Of a stretch of 64,000 nucleotides of DNA, positions 62,442 to 64,000 are shown piece by piece (within the stretch, counting starts at the first letter, position 1; each line of letters begins with the position of its first letter). Made by a program: the position numbers and the translations under genes. Origin of the DNA: Trichoplax adhaerens. Lineage: Eukaryota; Animalia; Placozoa. The notes beneath the pieces were generated by a model that did not search any database, had not been told where the DNA came from, and worked only from the letters and a program-made list of their open reading frames with translations. Location: NCBI RefSeq assembly GCF_000150275.1, contig NW_002060943.1, positions 574,531 through 638,530 of the forward strand. Direction: 5' to 3'.

Positions 62442-64000
62442 TTAGTAGTTCAGGTGTAACATGGTGTTACTGCATATTGGTAGGTTTGCTATTGCCTCCA
62501 TGCCATCGTGAAAATGATTGATGTCGTGGCGCTCAATAGCTGGGATTTGTATTATGGACAAAATCCAATCGTCTTCCAATTTCCAACACAAAATATCGAT
62601 TTCATGCAGTCATGGACTACTCCATAATCCCTGGAAAGATGGTACAGCATGGTACTATTTCAAATTGGTAGGTATGCTATTGCCTTCATGTCATGGTGAA
62701 ATGAATCATGTCAAATACAGTTCTATGTATATCGTAGCACATAAATAGCAGAGATTTGCATTGTGGATAAAATGCAATCAAGAGCGTTGCAAACCAAAGT
62801 ATCGCGACTTTGTACAGGCACGATAGATTACTTCAGAATTCCTCGAGAGATGGAGTAGTCCATGGTACAGCATGTATACTACATATAAGTATTCGTAGAT
62901 AGTCTATGACCTCCATGTTAAGCTATACTCTGCGGTTGAGCTGTGACCTATAAGTTATAACTTATCTTCTTTCATTCTCGACATTTTAATAAACTTATTC
63001 CATTTTCCACCAAATTATTTTAGCCTCCTTCATTGTGGAGAGCAACAATTCTACATATATGGTACGGGTATATACAGCACATGGTATGATTTATCAGTAA
63101 TTGCTCGGAGCTTGGGAGAATACTTACTTGTATTTTGTGCGTATAATAAGGTAGGATTCGCATTAGATCTACATTTACTGTTCATGACATTTCCCTAGCT
63201 AATGTGAACGTGTCAGCACGAAACAGTCTAGGCAATATAAGGTCTGATAAGTGTTTTCTTGCTATGGAGAGTTTAGGCTCGGATAACTAGGCTGCAAGCC
63301 AATGGCGACAATATTGTAATATGATTTGTATTTAGGCAACAATGAGGAATGCTAGTAACTGCTAGAGGAGAAGGAATAGGTTGAATTGGATCGAGAAGAA
63401 GACAACAGCAGGTAGCGAGTTTTACACATTTAGCAGAGTATGCTAGAGCTGATAAAGGAACAGAATGCTATATCGATATTGTTCTATCTCTATTTATTCA
63501 TAGGTTAGCTAATATATGATATTCAATATTACTAGCCTTATAACCTGTCGCATTGCTAATAAACTATGACTCATAACCTTATTAATATTGCTCCTACAAA
63601 TCCATGTATGCAAGAGTTATTTAATTGTTGATATCAAAGCATGATACTTACTTCACTGTTATACTACCATTTTTGGGGGATCCAAGATGCAAGACATACC
63701 GTAGTTGAATGGGCAGACGGGATCGAAAAATCACGCTAAAATCATTTCACCTTCCGTATAGCAAAGCTAATTTCTTAAGTGAGATCTTAAACGCTTACAA
63801 ATAGTAACGTATACAGCATCCTTAGCCTATTCCATAGCTAAAGTAAATACAATCTCCTTTCAAGAATTAACGCTATAAAATGTTGTAAAATTTGATCAGA
63901 CTATGAAAACTACAAAACAAAACTCCGAAATATGGCCTTTAATATGCAGCAGACTCACAGGGAGTGCTGTACACTGTTAAAACCGACTCTTGCACATATC
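62442..64000 (+). repeat. Second copy of 29344-30898 segment, starting right after the gap and running off the window
   Basis: About a dozen substitutions or small indels seen across ~1.55 kb. Confidence 0.95.

Overview
Eukaryotic, AT-rich, intron-rich animal DNA (gene content and short GT-AG introns resemble a placozoan such as Trichoplax; this is inference). I spliced five genes by hand. (1) A 5'-truncated gene at <1-4253 and (2) a complete ~2256-aa gene at 8367-17582. These two are tandem paralogues sharing an architecture the ORF track does not show: a very long low-complexity body, an acidic then Lys/His-rich patch, a conserved ~170-aa three-exon helical C-terminal domain and a C-terminal CaaL prenylation motif (CTLL / CIIL). 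The complete copy also starts with a PKA-RII-type dimerisation/docking (RIIa D/D) domain. (3) A 17-exon glycerol kinase (minus, 18379-25343). (4) An ETS1/2/pointed-class PNT+ETS transcription factor (minus, 32616-37908). (5) A TBRG1/NIAM-like FYRN/FYRC gene (minus, 58650 to >61043). Non-coding structure includes several tandem-repeat arrays (~67, ~94, ~320, ~190 and ~180-260 bp units), about 20 kb with no recognisable gene upstream of the ETS gene, a 50-N assembly gap, and a ~99%-identical 1.55-kb duplicate (29344-30898 vs 62442-64000) that is probably an allelic/assembly duplication.
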